A stretch of 64,000 bases of DNA from an uncultured virus (IMG/VR IMGVR_UViG_3300044641_008909) (IMGVR_UViG_3300044641_008909), one strand, 5' to 3'. Positions 1 through 9,834 are shown, counted from the stretch's first letter. A program made the numbers and translations. Notes: a model not told the origin generated them from the sequence alone.

Positions 1-1
1 T

Positions 2-502
2 TATCCGGGCGAAATGAAAGATGCACCGGGGGTTCCTGTTTGGGAAAGCAAGTATAGAATCATAAGGGATCTTAGGGGTCTTGCTTGCGAGAAGAAAATG
101 GTTGTATTTACAGCTATGCAACCAAACAAGAGTGCTTCAGAACTTTCCAGTTCTGAATTTATTGAGGAGGGTAACATTGGCGCTTCATTTGACATGTTCA
201 AACCTTTGGATGGTTTATGGAGTATTAATAGAACTACTGATGAGGCTGGTGCCCAAGTTGGTAGAGTATTTGTTGTCAAGCATAGAAATGGGAAAAGTAG
301 ATATCATTTTCCTATTGAATATAACAATGAATTCTTAACAATCACAGAAATAGATTTTGAAAAATACAAAACTAAGATGCATAATAAGTCTCAGCAAGAT
401 GCTAACACTTACAGTGTGGCAAGTGATGCATCGCATCTTATTGATGATAAGAAAAAGAAGAACAAGAAAAAACAGAACGACCCTTCTAATCCAATTGACT
501 GA
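2..502 (+). CDS. DnaB/gp41-like replicative helicase, C-terminal part (5' end outside window)
   Basis: Frame is open from the window edge (YPGEMKD...). DnaB C-terminal motifs: 'LRGLA...VFTAMQPN', 'IGASF', 'KHRNG'. Confidence 0.8.
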   Translation, partial: YPGEMKDAPGVPVWESKYRIIRDLRGLACEKKMVVFTAMQPNKSASELSSSEFIEEGNIGASFDMFKPLDGLWSINRTTDEAGAQVGRVFVVKHRNGKSRYHFPIEYNNEFLTITEIDFEKYKTKMHNKSQQDANTYSVASDASHLIDDKKKKNKKKQNDPSNPID

Positions 503-542
503 TTCTGTTTCTAGTGGTAAGTTAATTTAACAGGAGGACTTT

Positions 543-971
543 ATGGTTGAACGCATTTCGTTTCTAGGAAAAGAATGGACGATTGACAACAAAGATCTCG
601 TATTTACTGATGCTACATTGAACCAATTCTTTGAAAAGATTGGTGGAATTATTGATTATGTTGGTGCCGCTCATGCAAATAGCATGAGATATAGTTCAGC
701 TTGTGAACTTGCATACAAGAAAACATTTATTGAAAAGTTTAAACTTCAAAAAGATGCTGGAAAGTCTGATAAAACAGCAGAGTTATATGCTGAAGGTGAA
801 CAAGAATGTATTGATGCTAAAGAAGTATGTATTACTGCTAAGTATTATAAAGATAGGTTGTATGCACATCTTCAAGCATTAAATGCTGCTCGTGAGGATG
901 GACACAATCGTGGACACATGTTGCGTAAGGAAATGGATAGATTAAACATTGATTATGCTGAGAGATCATAA
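543..971 (+). CDS. UvsY-like recombination mediator
   Basis: 142-aa helical protein with UvsY-like size and pattern; lies between helicase and SSB/RecA genes; SD AGGAGG. Confidence 0.55.
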   Translation: MVERISFLGKEWTIDNKDLVFTDATLNQFFEKIGGIIDYVGAAHANSMRYSSACELAYKKTFIEKFKLQKDAGKSDKTAELYAEGEQECIDAKEVCITAKYYKDRLYAHLQALNAAREDGHNRGHMLRKEMDRLNIDYAERS

Positions 972-1570
972 TGTTTAACATGGAATTCGTCAAAAAGTAT
1001 ATGTTGACTGCCAAATTATTTGGCGAATTAAAAAATCCATGTTATTCAAGGAAGATTGGCGTTGTTATACTTAACGCCAATCTTACCAAGGTGGTTGGCA
1101 TGGGGTACAATGGTCCTCCAAGAGGTGCGCCACATTGTGATAGCCCAGAACATTTAAAAAATATATTTCTTCCTCAATTGACAGATGAAGATAAAAATTG
1201 CATTGCGAAAAATAAAAATTACGAAAGCTTTGATGAGGATAAATTTGTTAGAGATTTTGCTTATGAAAAAGTATGTCCAAGAAAGATTCTTGGATGTCCT
1301 TCAGGTAAAAGATTAGAATTGTGTTCTTGTGTTCACGCAGAAACAAATGCAATTGTAAATGCATCATGTGATTTACAAGATGCTCATATGTTTGCATGGT
1401 GTACTTTGCCATGCATAGAATGTACTAAATTAATTATCAATTCTGGAATAAAGAAACTTTTTTGTTTAAAAGATAATGAACCTGACTATTCTGTTGGTAG
1501 CAGGTTCTTAATTAAACAATGTAACGTAGATCTTGTTGAAATGGAAAAAGATTTTTTTAAGGATAACTAA
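971..1570 (+). CDS. dCMP deaminase
   Basis: 'GYNG', 'HAETNA' and 'PCIEC' zinc-deaminase motifs. Confidence 0.92.
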   Translation: MFNMEFVKKYMLTAKLFGELKNPCYSRKIGVVILNANLTKVVGMGYNGPPRGAPHCDSPEHLKNIFLPQLTDEDKNCIAKNKNYESFDEDKFVRDFAYEKVCPRKILGCPSGKRLELCSCVHAETNAIVNASCDLQDAHMFAWCTLPCIECTKLIINSGIKKLFCLKDNEPDYSVGSRFLIKQCNVDLVEMEKDFFKDN

Positions 1571-1578
1571 TTTACATC

Positions 1579-2292
1579 ATGTATGAGATCATATTTAAAT
1601 ATTATAAACACAAAGACAATCTTGATTATGACCGAAACGAAAGTCTAATCTTAAAGAAAAAATTCGGTCAAATTGAAGAAGAATATCCACTTGACAAGAT
1701 AGCATGTTATATCATGTCACAGCTTGCTAGAAGAGATATATTTATACATGATGTAGAAATATATTCTTATGTTAAAAAGAATGTTAGTTTTAAGATTAGT
1801 AAGAATGGATTTTCTATAAATGGTCATAAGTTTGGACATAATGATACGGTTACAGAATTTAATTTAATTGAATCAACGCCTGAAAAGCCTCCACAACCTG
1901 CTTGTGAAGCTATCACGCATAAAGATTTTACACCAAAGTCTGATTTTGCACAACTTCAAAAAAAAGTTGAAAGTAATAAAGAACGAAGAATAATTAAGAA
2001 TGTTATTTTTATCCCACCATTGCAAATGGATAAAACTAGATTCCCATATAAGTTTACAATTAATAAAAAATATCCAGTTTATGCAGAAAAGCTTAGTCCG
2101 AGTGGAATTGGAATGACAATTTCAACAAATGATGATAATGGTAATCCTATTGATGTTTCTGATGAATATTTTATTCCTGCGAATAATTCTTTAGAGTTTG
2201 ACAATGATATGAATGCAAGTAAAAGAGGAAACAATGATTTGTTAAACTGGCAGGGTGATAGGTCATCAGGATCAATGCCAAAGTTGAGGTAA
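1579..2292 (+). CDS. hypothetical protein
   Basis: 237-aa ORF in a co-directional gene run. Confidence 0.75.
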   Translation: MYEIIFKYYKHKDNLDYDRNESLILKKKFGQIEEEYPLDKIACYIMSQLARRDIFIHDVEIYSYVKKNVSFKISKNGFSINGHKFGHNDTVTEFNLIESTPEKPPQPACEAITHKDFTPKSDFAQLQKKVESNKERRIIKNVIFIPPLQMDKTRFPYKFTINKKYPVYAEKLSPSGIGMTISTNDDNGNPIDVSDEYFIPANNSLEFDNDMNASKRGNNDLLNWQGDRSSGSMPKLR

Positions 2293-2297
2293 TTAAT

Positions 2298-2585
2298 ATG
2301 AACCAGCGACAGAAAGATCAGAAGAATAAAGCTCGTAAAGTAGAAGCTCGAAAACGAGTTCTTGCTCGCAGAGAAGATATTCGCAAACAGAGAAGAGAAG
2401 AAGATAGGCTTGAAAAGGAATTTGAGGCAAGAGAATCTAAGTATTTGAGTCGAGAAGAAATTCTTCAAAGACTCGAACATAACATGAAGATACTTGAGCA
2501 GTTAGAATCACAGATTGCTGAACAGGAAAAAGTTCTTGACAAAGAACAACCAGTTGAGCATAATAACGAGACACCGATGGTGTAA
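2298..2585 (+). CDS. hypothetical charged coiled-coil protein
   Basis: 95-aa R/E/K-rich ORF in the operon. Confidence 0.7.
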   Translation: MNQRQKDQKNKARKVEARKRVLARREDIRKQRREEDRLEKEFEARESKYLSREEILQRLEHNMKILEQLESQIAEQEKVLDKEQPVEHNNETPMV

Positions 2586-2608
2586 CCTTTAGGTCAGGTT
2601 AAGACCTA
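2583..2608 (+). promoter_or_regulatory. putative H-type RNA pseudoknot in the SSB leader
   Basis: TAACCT (2583-88) pairs with AGGTTA (2596-2601); TAGGTC (2590-95) pairs with GACCTA (2603-08). Confidence 0.45.
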
Positions 2609-2633
2609 GCTTTGCAGAGAAAGGCAGACGAAA

Positions 2634-3581
2634 ATGGCAGACTATGAATTGGATACGCTAGATATTGGCGATATCACAAAAGAAGCAGAGAGATTAAACA
2701 AAGAACAAAATAGTGGCGGCATTAACGATAATTACGTTCGTATGCCAGAAAAAGATGGATTTGTTTTGCTTAGGTTGTTGCCTAAGCTTAAGGGCAAACC
2801 ATTTTTTCACCCCACAAGAATTCATCGCCTTGGTGAATATCCAAATGCAAAAACAATTTTTTGCACAAGGAGGTTGACACATACACCAAGAGGTCCACAG
2901 TGGAAAGCTGTTAACCCAGACACTGATTGTCCAATTTGTCGTGAATACAATGCTATGTGGGAGAAATCTAAAAAGATGCCTCCTGATCGAGCAAAAAGTA
3001 TTCAAGAGAAAGCTCGATCAATTAAGCCAGTCGAACGATACTACTACAATTGTATCGTTAGGTCTCAGCTGAATCCTAAGACCAATAATATTGAAACGAA
3101 TATTGGACCCAAGATTTTTTCTTGTGGAAAGACTGTTCACAATATTATTTGTCTTTCAATTTCAGGGAACGAGACAACAGGCAAGCGAGCTTTGGGCGAT
3201 GTTGCTCATCCATTGAGTGGCAGAGACTTCAAGGTTGTTAAGGTTCTTCGTGGCAAGGATGGATTTCCAAACTACGATCAAAGTTTCTTTGAAGATGCTT
3301 CTCAGTTGGGCACAAAGGAACAGATCAATAGATGGTTAACGTCTTATCATGATTTGGAAGTAATTCCAACTTATCTGACAATTGATCAGATGGAAGAAGC
3401 ATTGACTGCTTTTCTTGATAATGGCAACAGTCAATCTGAACCTAAACAAGCTACATTTAAGTCATCAACACAGTCAAAATCTGCGCCTAAAGTTGAAAGC
3501 AGTCTTTTGGATGGGATTGATGGCATGCTTGATGATGACATGGAAGCACAGCTTGGAAATATTGGATTTGGCAGAAAGTAA
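2634..3581 (+). CDS. T4 gp32-like single-stranded DNA-binding protein
   Basis: 'LRLLP', Zn-type 'DCPIC', 'YYYN', 'GPKIF', 'GRDF', 'FPNYD.S.F' motifs and an acidic tail. Confidence 0.88.
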   Translation: MADYELDTLDIGDITKEAERLNKEQNSGGINDNYVRMPEKDGFVLLRLLPKLKGKPFFHPTRIHRLGEYPNAKTIFCTRRLTHTPRGPQWKAVNPDTDCPICREYNAMWEKSKKMPPDRAKSIQEKARSIKPVERYYYNCIVRSQLNPKTNNIETNIGPKIFSCGKTVHNIICLSISGNETTGKRALGDVAHPLSGRDFKVVKVLRGKDGFPNYDQSFFEDASQLGTKEQINRWLTSYHDLEVIPTYLTIDQMEEALTAFLDNGNSQSEPKQATFKSSTQSKSAPKVESSLLDGIDGMLDDDMEAQLGNIGFGRK

Positions 3582-3602
3582 TATTTGCTGAACAATTGTC
3601 AG

Positions 3603-3633
3603 AAAACACCCATATTTTTATGGGTGTTTTTTT
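3603..3633 (+). terminator. intrinsic terminator
   Basis: AAAACACCCATA-loop-TATGGGTGTTTT followed by a T run, just after the SSB gene. Confidence 0.85.
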
Positions 3634-3665
3634 GTTTATATACTAAATAACTCAAGGAGAAAGTT

Positions 3666-4187
3666 ATGAAAAGTTTTCAAGAATATTATCTTATGCGAGA
3701 AAATGCTGTTAATACCATCAACATAGAAGAAGTTGCTGCTGGTCTAAAATTTTTACCAACTACTAAACAAAATAAAAATTATAATTATGTTGCTACAGAT
3801 GAAAATATGCCTCCTTTTTCCTACACAGTATCACAAGAGTCAAAACCGATTGTTACTGTTACCGAGGATGGCGAAGAAACTACTAATACAGTTGAAGTTA
3901 ATGACATTATTGTGAGTGGACCTAGTCGTGAACAATATGTTGTTAAGCCTGAAAAATTTTCAAAATCTTATGTAGGAAACATTGGTGGACCTGTGCGTCC
4001 AGAACAAAGTCCTAGAATGGTTGCTTTGTACACAGGTAATGAACATGTTGAGTTCATTTCGCCTTGGAACAAAAAAATGACTTTGAAACCTCAAGATTAT
4101 CTTGTTAAAGAGGACGAAGGCAAATTTTATAGAATCGCAAAGTATGAGTACGGACAAACATACAATCCACTCGGTCAACAAGGATAA
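3666..4187 (+). CDS. PGDYG-like protein with capsid-targeting-like N-terminus
   Basis: N-terminus MKSFQEYYLMRE; duplicated 'T.EG/SPW...D.IV/DYLV...Y.I...F..TY' pattern; TAAATA and AGGAG upstream. Confidence 0.65.
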   Translation: MKSFQEYYLMRENAVNTINIEEVAAGLKFLPTTKQNKNYNYVATDENMPPFSYTVSQESKPIVTVTEDGEETTNTVEVNDIIVSGPSREQYVVKPEKFSKSYVGNIGGPVRPEQSPRMVALYTGNEHVEFISPWNKKMTLKPQDYLVKEDEGKFYRIAKYEYGQTYNPLGQQG

Positions 4188-4234
4188 TTTCTTGTTTATA
4201 CACTAAATAGTTTTGTAAAAATCAGGAGAATCAT

Positions 4235-4933
4235 ATGAAGTTTCATGAATATGTTCAGTTAAGAGAAGGTGCTGGAGATCATATTTTTGCTGACGAAGCA
4301 ACGGTTTTTCATCATCGTGATAAGGCTCATGGTAATCCTTTTACTTTAGGAATACCAGAAAAACGAATTGAAAGAACAAGCATTATTGTAAGTGTAAATC
4401 AACCTTCAGAAACCAATGGATATAACTATGACATTCATACAAAAAGTGGAAGCATTTATACTATAAAAGATTTCTCGATTGATAATGATGGCGAATTTGA
4501 TGTAGAATCACTTTTTGTAAGATTTAATTTAAAACCTGTTCCGGGTTCTAAGTATGATCGTTATCTAAATAAACAAAAGGCAGAAGCAGCGCCATCGACA
4601 GATACGTCAGCACAATCAACTCCTCTTGGGGAAAATGAATCAAAAAGGATCATCATCCGTGAATTTCAACAATTGATTAAAAAATTAATAGATAATAAAG
4701 ACTCGATTATGGAAAAATATGCAAGCAATCCTGCTATTGCAAGTTGGATGGAAAACTTTTTAAGTAATACAGCAATTGTAAGCAAAAAATTTAAAGAACA
4801 AGTTATATCAAATAATTACCCAGAAAAATTAAAAATACATATTAAAAATTTAGAAGAAGCAAAACAAAGTGATGAAAACATGATTGGTTATTTGTACAAT
4901 GTTGTTCAAAATTTTAGAACTAAACCATTCTAA
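4235..4933 (+). CDS. hypothetical (putative virion internal) protein
   Basis: N-terminus MKFHEYVQLRE; TAAATA at 4204; SD AGGAG. Confidence 0.75.
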   Translation: MKFHEYVQLREGAGDHIFADEATVFHHRDKAHGNPFTLGIPEKRIERTSIIVSVNQPSETNGYNYDIHTKSGSIYTIKDFSIDNDGEFDVESLFVRFNLKPVPGSKYDRYLNKQKAEAAPSTDTSAQSTPLGENESKRIIIREFQQLIKKLIDNKDSIMEKYASNPAIASWMENFLSNTAIVSKKFKEQVISNNYPEKLKIHIKNLEEAKQSDENMIGYLYNVVQNFRTKPF

Positions 4934-4945
4934 CAAAGGATTCGA

Positions 4946-5512
4946 ATGAAATTTCATGAATATGTTCAATTAAGAGAATCTCAATTGGATGAAGGCAGAC
5001 TTGGTTTGCTTGGTGGTTTAGCGTTAGGTGCAGCTTCAATGTTTGCTGGTCAATCTAAAGCGGAAGAACCTTCTGTTCATCATTTTTCGGGTTCTACGTT
5101 GACGAACCCAATTACGTCTCACAAGCAACTTGGTGATGACGAACGATTTATTAAATCTTGGACAATGTACAAGGAACAAATTATTAGAGCAGTTAAAAGA
5201 GATCCTCATGTGCAGGATCTTTTGATTGAAATTATCGAGGAACATCATCAAGGCAAGATGGAAGCTGTTGTTGAGATTGAAGCAACAATTGAAGCCCCTT
5301 CAAAAGAAGAAGCAAAACAAATGTTAATTAGATTGATCATGCGTGAAACTGGCAAAATGAATATGCAAGGGTCAGCTATTAGAGGATTAAAGAAGATATT
5401 TGTAGATAAGAATGAAAACGCATTATACGCTAAAATAATTCGAGAGTTTTCTAATGCTGTTCATCGAGTAAAAATTAAAATCACATCTAATGACGCAACG
5501 ATTGAACCTTAA
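4946..5512 (+). CDS. hypothetical (putative virion internal) protein
   Basis: Same N-terminus MKFHEYVQLRE, followed by a Gly/Ala-rich hydrophobic stretch. Confidence 0.75.
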   Translation: MKFHEYVQLRESQLDEGRLGLLGGLALGAASMFAGQSKAEEPSVHHFSGSTLTNPITSHKQLGDDERFIKSWTMYKEQIIRAVKRDPHVQDLLIEIIEEHHQGKMEAVVEIEATIEAPSKEEAKQMLIRLIMRETGKMNMQGSAIRGLKKIFVDKNENALYAKIIREFSNAVHRVKIKITSNDATIEP

Positions 5513-5530
5513 ATCTGAATGATAAGTATT

Positions 5531-5962
5531 TTAATCGTTATTTGCAGCACGAACGCTTGATGTATTAACTTGCGTTACATCAACGACGATATTTCCTTTT
5601 CCATCATCGCTTTGCACTTCGGCTACGATACCTGATGCACGACCAAATTGTCGTAAAAGTTCTTCTCTAACTTGATTCATAGCTTCTTTTTTTGCTTCTT
5701 GAGATGAACCGCTATAATTCCTGAAGCTGAAAGACCAAAAATAGGTCTGACCTTTTTCATTTTTTTCGTGCTCTACGGAAACAGAAGAATTTCCTATTTG
5801 TTGACTTGCTGGTTGTTTTAGTTTAGATGAAGGTAGTAATCCAGCAGCACCGGCAGCTAAAGTTGCACCAGCACCTATTCCTGCAATCCATCTTTTAAGA
5901 GATTCATGTAATTCGTTATCTCTTTCTTCCAACCATTCGGTAAATCGTAAAGGTATTGACAT
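5531..5962 (-). CDS. hypothetical (putative virion internal) protein
   Basis: N-terminal 'RFTEWLEE' then a Gly/Ala-rich hydrophobic stretch; TAAATA upstream on the minus strand. Confidence 0.7.
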   Translation of the reverse strand: MSIPLRFTEWLEERDNELHESLKRWIAGIGAGATLAAGAAGLLPSSKLKQPASQQIGNSSVSVEHEKNEKGQTYFWSFSFRNYSGSSQEAKKEAMNQVREELLRQFGRASGIVAEVQSDDGKGNIVVDVTQVNTSSVRAANND

Positions 5963-6035
5963 TTTTTCTCATTTCTAAAACAGTTAAACGTATTTATTAA
6001 ACACTAGATAATTTTATGAAATTAGGAAAATTTTG

Positions 6036-6070
6036 ATGAGACTCACTCTATTAGGTTGAGTCTCATTTTT
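6036..6070. promoter_or_regulatory. 10-bp perfect inverted repeat upstream of the recA/uvsX gene
   Basis: ATGAGACTCA-11 nt-TGAGTCTCAT plus a T run, in a divergent intergenic region. Confidence 0.6.
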
Positions 6071-6087
6071 ATTACACGGAGTGTGGT

Positions 6088-7290
6088 ATGGCTCGTCAAA
6101 AGAAAGATTCTAACTCCTCTGATTTATACACCGATATTGCAAGCGCCACTGGCGCAAAAGTAGTAGCAGATCTTGATCAAGCAAGATATTTTGTAGACAC
6201 AGGCAATTTTGCAATTAATTATTCTTGTTCTGGCAAGTTTTACGGTGGTGGTATTCCCGGTGGCAGACTATCTGAAATTTATGGTCCATCGGCATCTAGC
6301 AAAAGTCTTATTGGCGCAAACATCCTTGCTGGCATTCAGCGAATGGGTGGAATTGGAATCATCCTTGATACAGAAAATGCAATCAATGGTGAATTCATTC
6401 AAAAAGCCACAAAATGTGATATCTCTAAGATTTTAAGATACACTCCAGAAACACTAGAAGATTGTTTTTCAACAATCTATCGTGTTATTGATTATATCCG
6501 AAAAACAAAGAAAATCGAAGTTCCAATTTGCATTGTTTATGATTCAATCAGCGTTTCTCCAAGTTCAAGAGAACTAAGAGAAACAAAACTACCTGAAGGA
6601 TATAGCAAAGCTGATTTCAAGCGTATTGTTGGTGGAAATGAACAGCCCGGAGAAAGGGCTAAGATTTGTTCTAAAGAACTAAGAAAACTTAATACAGAGA
6701 TGGAACAGAATGATGTTACTGTCGTCGTTCTGAATCAAATTAGAGACAAGATTGGGGTTATGTATGGAAACCCAGAAACCACAGCAGGTGGTGGGCAAGG
6801 ATTGCCTTTCTATGCCAGTTTGAGAATGCGTAGTCAGACTCAAAAGAAGATTGAGCAGAGCGTTGCTGGATCAGCTAAGAAAAAGATTCTTGGGATCAAT
6901 ATTAAGGTTCAGAATAAGAAAAATAGATCTTATCGTCCGTTTGTTGAAGTTGATAATATTCCTCTTTATTTTGATAGAGGGATGAATCCATTGGGTGGTG
7001 TTCTGGGCGCATTACTGGATTCTGGAAGAATTATTGCTAATGGAGCTGGTAATTTCTTAGTAAATCCAGAATTTACTGGTGGCAAAGAGGTTAAGTTTAA
7101 GTCATCTATGGAAAGAAATGATATTCCTAATGAAATTGCAGAGGAATATGCACAAATATTAGATGCTACACCTGAAGAGATGAAGGAATATTTGCAAATT
7201 TATTCTGATGTGATAAACTATAAAGTGTCTGGAGAGGTTGTCGAAGCAGATGATGATGTTGATATAGAAGTAGACGACCTTTTAGCTTGA
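6088..7290 (+). CDS. recA: RecA/UvsX recombinase
   Basis: 'GGIPGGRLSEIYGPSASSKS' (Walker A variant), 'DTE', 'YDS', 'NQIR', 'PETTAGGG..L.FYAS.R'. Confidence 0.93.
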   Translation: MARQKKDSNSSDLYTDIASATGAKVVADLDQARYFVDTGNFAINYSCSGKFYGGGIPGGRLSEIYGPSASSKSLIGANILAGIQRMGGIGIILDTENAINGEFIQKATKCDISKILRYTPETLEDCFSTIYRVIDYIRKTKKIEVPICIVYDSISVSPSSRELRETKLPEGYSKADFKRIVGGNEQPGERAKICSKELRKLNTEMEQNDVTVVVLNQIRDKIGVMYGNPETTAGGGQGLPFYASLRMRSQTQKKIEQSVAGSAKKKILGINIKVQNKKNRSYRPFVEVDNIPLYFDRGMNPLGGVLGALLDSGRIIANGAGNFLVNPEFTGGKEVKFKSSMERNDIPNEIAEEYAQILDATPEEMKEYLQIYSDVINYKVSGEVVEADDDVDIEVDDLLA

Positions 7291-7304
7291 TTTTAGGAGA
7301 TACT

Positions 7305-7772
7305 ATGACTCCAGATTATGTCATGCTTAAGTGTCCAGATGGCAAAAATATAGTCACAGGCTATAACAATTTGTTGTCTTTATCAGAATTCATTGAGTGT
7401 TTTAACATTAAAGTTGAAGCACTCAAGGCTAATGAAGCTGAAAACGCAGTTGGTCTTGAAGAAATCGCAAATATATTTTGTGATTCTAATTATGTCAAGA
7501 ATGCAACTGAAGGATTTGGGACTGATGTTGCTGTTCTTGAAAAGAACGCAACAAAAGACAAATCTTCTCGTTATATTAGAGAAAAGATTAAAGAACGTAT
7601 TATTGACAATAAAGAAATTTCTTTTTCTGAAATATGTAAAATGTTTTCAAGTTTAAATTATTCTATTCCGGGTTTGAACAATAATTTCAAACTAGCTCGT
7701 CAAGAATTGGAATCAGATGGTTATATCTGTTCTAAGGTTAAACGAGGAGTTTATAGGTTGGAAGGTCGATGA
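7305..7772 (+). CDS. hypothetical protein (possible C-terminal winged helix)
   Basis: ATG at 7305 with SD AGGAG; C-terminal 'KVKRGVYRL' resembles a wing motif. Confidence 0.65.
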   Translation: MTPDYVMLKCPDGKNIVTGYNNLLSLSEFIECFNIKVEALKANEAENAVGLEEIANIFCDSNYVKNATEGFGTDVAVLEKNATKDKSSRYIREKIKERIIDNKEISFSEICKMFSSLNYSIPGLNNNFKLARQELESDGYICSKVKRGVYRLEGR

Positions 7773-8254
7773 ACGAACAATTTATTGTTAATCGTGTGGA
7801 TGGTCTTAAAGAAGCAATTAAATATGCTAGATTGATGGGTTATGTATTACAGGAACAATTTGATTATAATAAGAACTCTGATTTAGATGTAATTTTTAAG
7901 GATTATAAAACTTGGGGATTTAACTGTGATGGTTACGATATTTATGTTTATTTTAATTGTGTTGAAACAGAGTTTGTTGAAGATGAAAGATATGTAATTG
8001 AAACGCTTCAAATTTGGAGTGAAAACCTTTATTTCATACCATTTAATGTTGCTTTCAAGATTGTAATGGCATTTTTTGGAAATGAAAATTTTGTGCTGAC
8101 ACAAATAATAACACCAGATAAATTAATTTATTGTTGGAATAAAATGTATGATGTGGACGGAAACAGCACAAAACCAGACAAAAAGATATGTATAGAAAAG
8201 AATTTTATGGGGACAGATTATTATCTTAGTAAAGAAGTGCCTTCTTTTTTCTAA
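7769..8254 (+). CDS. hypothetical protein
   Basis: 161-aa ORF overlapping the upstream gene by ATGA. Confidence 0.7.
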   Translation: MNEQFIVNRVDGLKEAIKYARLMGYVLQEQFDYNKNSDLDVIFKDYKTWGFNCDGYDIYVYFNCVETEFVEDERYVIETLQIWSENLYFIPFNVAFKIVMAFFGNENFVLTQIITPDKLIYCWNKMYDVDGNSTKPDKKICIEKNFMGTDYYLSKEVPSFF

Positions 8255-8295
8255 TATTATTATCTTGTTTGTATAAATATTGAAGCAAAGATTAG

Positions 8296-8967
8296 TTATA
8301 GTAGTTTAATACGATGCAACCAAGCCAATTCCAATTCTGCATGTTCAGGATTGTTCACATAGTCTAAATTTTTAATAGGATATTTTTGAAAATCAATTGG
8401 TGGATTATCAAAATACTTTTTATTTGCCAGTGTAATTTCCAATCCAATTGGAACTAATTCCTTGTAATCACCATGATTGTTACCATGAACATGAGCGACA
8501 TAATGTGTACTAAGCATCTTTTCCATAACCGATAATGGCGTGTTGTTAGGATTCATGTTAAGATGTAATTCGAAAGCAAAACAAAAAATCTTTTCTTCAA
8601 AATGTTGTATATTTATTGTTTCAAAAAAATTCCATTCCGCCCCTTCGGTATCTATCTTTAGAACAATTTTATTAGATTGTTTTACTTCTGGCATATTTAA
8701 GAATTCTTCATAGGTGTCAAGTTTTGTTTTCCTCGCCCATTCATGTGGAATGTCTACAGAAAAATCACACCCAATAACTTTTTTATTTCTATTTAATAAA
8801 TCTTCTTCATAAGTAATATTATCTCCTAGTCCAAAAGAAATACAAAGATCACTTTCGTCAACACATTTTTTAGGAAGAATATATCCTCCATCTTTGTTAT
8901 TTCCTATTCTTATTTTTTCAAATTTTCTTGGTATTATGTGCTTATTAATCCATTTAAATATTTTCAT
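8296..8967 (-). CDS. FkbM-like (Methyltransf_22-type) methyltransferase
   Basis: 'RIG...DGGY', 'SFG.G....YE', 'LKID.EGAEW', 'ELH', 'HVHGNN' motifs. Confidence 0.8.
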   Translation of the reverse strand: MKIFKWINKHIIPRKFEKIRIGNNKDGGYILPKKCVDESDLCISFGLGDNITYEEDLLNRNKKVIGCDFSVDIPHEWARKTKLDTYEEFLNMPEVKQSNKIVLKIDTEGAEWNFFETINIQHFEEKIFCFAFELHLNMNPNNTPLSVMEKMLSTHYVAHVHGNNHGDYKELVPIGLEITLANKKYFDNPPIDFQKYPIKNLDYVNNPEHAELELAWLHRIKLL

Positions 8968-9121
8968 TTTTAAAAACCTTTGTGTAAAAACACATACAAT
9001 AAGACTGTTTAATAATTTTAATTATTTAGTTTGCTTTTTTATATTTTGTTTAAATGTTAATCGTACTAATGATAGATAGATATAATGGTCCTCTGGAGCG
9101 GCATTAACATGCTGAATAAAA

Positions 9122-9436
9122 ATGACAAATACCAAGCCATCGACCAGCAGGGTTCAATCAGCAATAATCAAACATTTGGAAAAATTTGGAACAATTCAAA
9201 TAAATCTTCCAGATGATTTTATGATAGAGATTGGTATCGTAGACGAAGATGAAGTTGGAAAACAAGTAAGATCTGAAAATTATTGCTATGTGATAGTAAA
9301 AAATGAATTAAGGGCTACAGTTATAGACAAATATAATGTTGGATTAAGATGCAAGGATGATGATAAATTAATTGTTTTAGAAGATAAGTTTGAAGATCCA
9401 GATGGCAATAAAGTTAAGTCAATTAATATTGTTTGA
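9122..9436 (+). CDS. hypothetical protein
   Basis: 104-aa ORF. Confidence 0.65.
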   Translation: MTNTKPSTSRVQSAIIKHLEKFGTIQINLPDDFMIEIGIVDEDEVGKQVRSENYCYVIVKNELRATVIDKYNVGLRCKDDDKLIVLEDKFEDPDGNKVKSINIV

Positions 9437-9483
9437 CTTAACTCATTTAAATTGGGTTTCCGTTGTTTTAGAGGAATAGTTAC

Positions 9484-9744
9484 TTGAAAAAGCTCAATGT
9501 TTTCTTTTCTACCATGAACGACTACGATTTTGTGTACCTTTACACAAGGTTTTTACACAGATATCAGGATGATTTGGCACAAGCTTTTGATCTTATTTCA
9601 AATAAGTTTGCTGAAATCAACGAATGGTTTTCAAATGTTTCAATGTCTTCTGACTTCCATTCTAATATTGAAGCGTTAACTGATGCCTTTGCAGTTGAAG
9701 CAAGAAGACGCAAAATCGGCGACCCTGTCCTTAACCCGCTCTAA
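9484..9744 (+). CDS. hypothetical protein
   Basis: TTG start with GAGG SD; followed by a terminator. Confidence 0.65.
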   Translation: MKKLNVFFSTMNDYDFVYLYTRFLHRYQDDLAQAFDLISNKFAEINEWFSNVSMSSDFHSNIEALTDAFAVEARRRKIGDPVLNPL

Positions 9745-9770
9745 GGGGGTGATTTCTAGGGTGAGGATAT

Positions 9771-9800
9771 CAGACCTCCTTAATCGGAGGTCTGTCTTTT
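9771..9800 (+). terminator. intrinsic terminator
   Basis: CAGACCTCC-TTAATC-GGAGGTCTG followed by TCTTTTT. Confidence 0.8.
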
Positions 9801-9828
9801 TGACAACTGTTGATTTCAAGTATATAAT
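9800..9828 (+). promoter_or_regulatory. consensus sigma70 promoter, leaderless for the helicase gene
   Basis: TTGACA-17 nt-TATAAT; ATG follows 6 nt later. Confidence 0.85.
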
Positions 9829-9834
9829 AAAATC

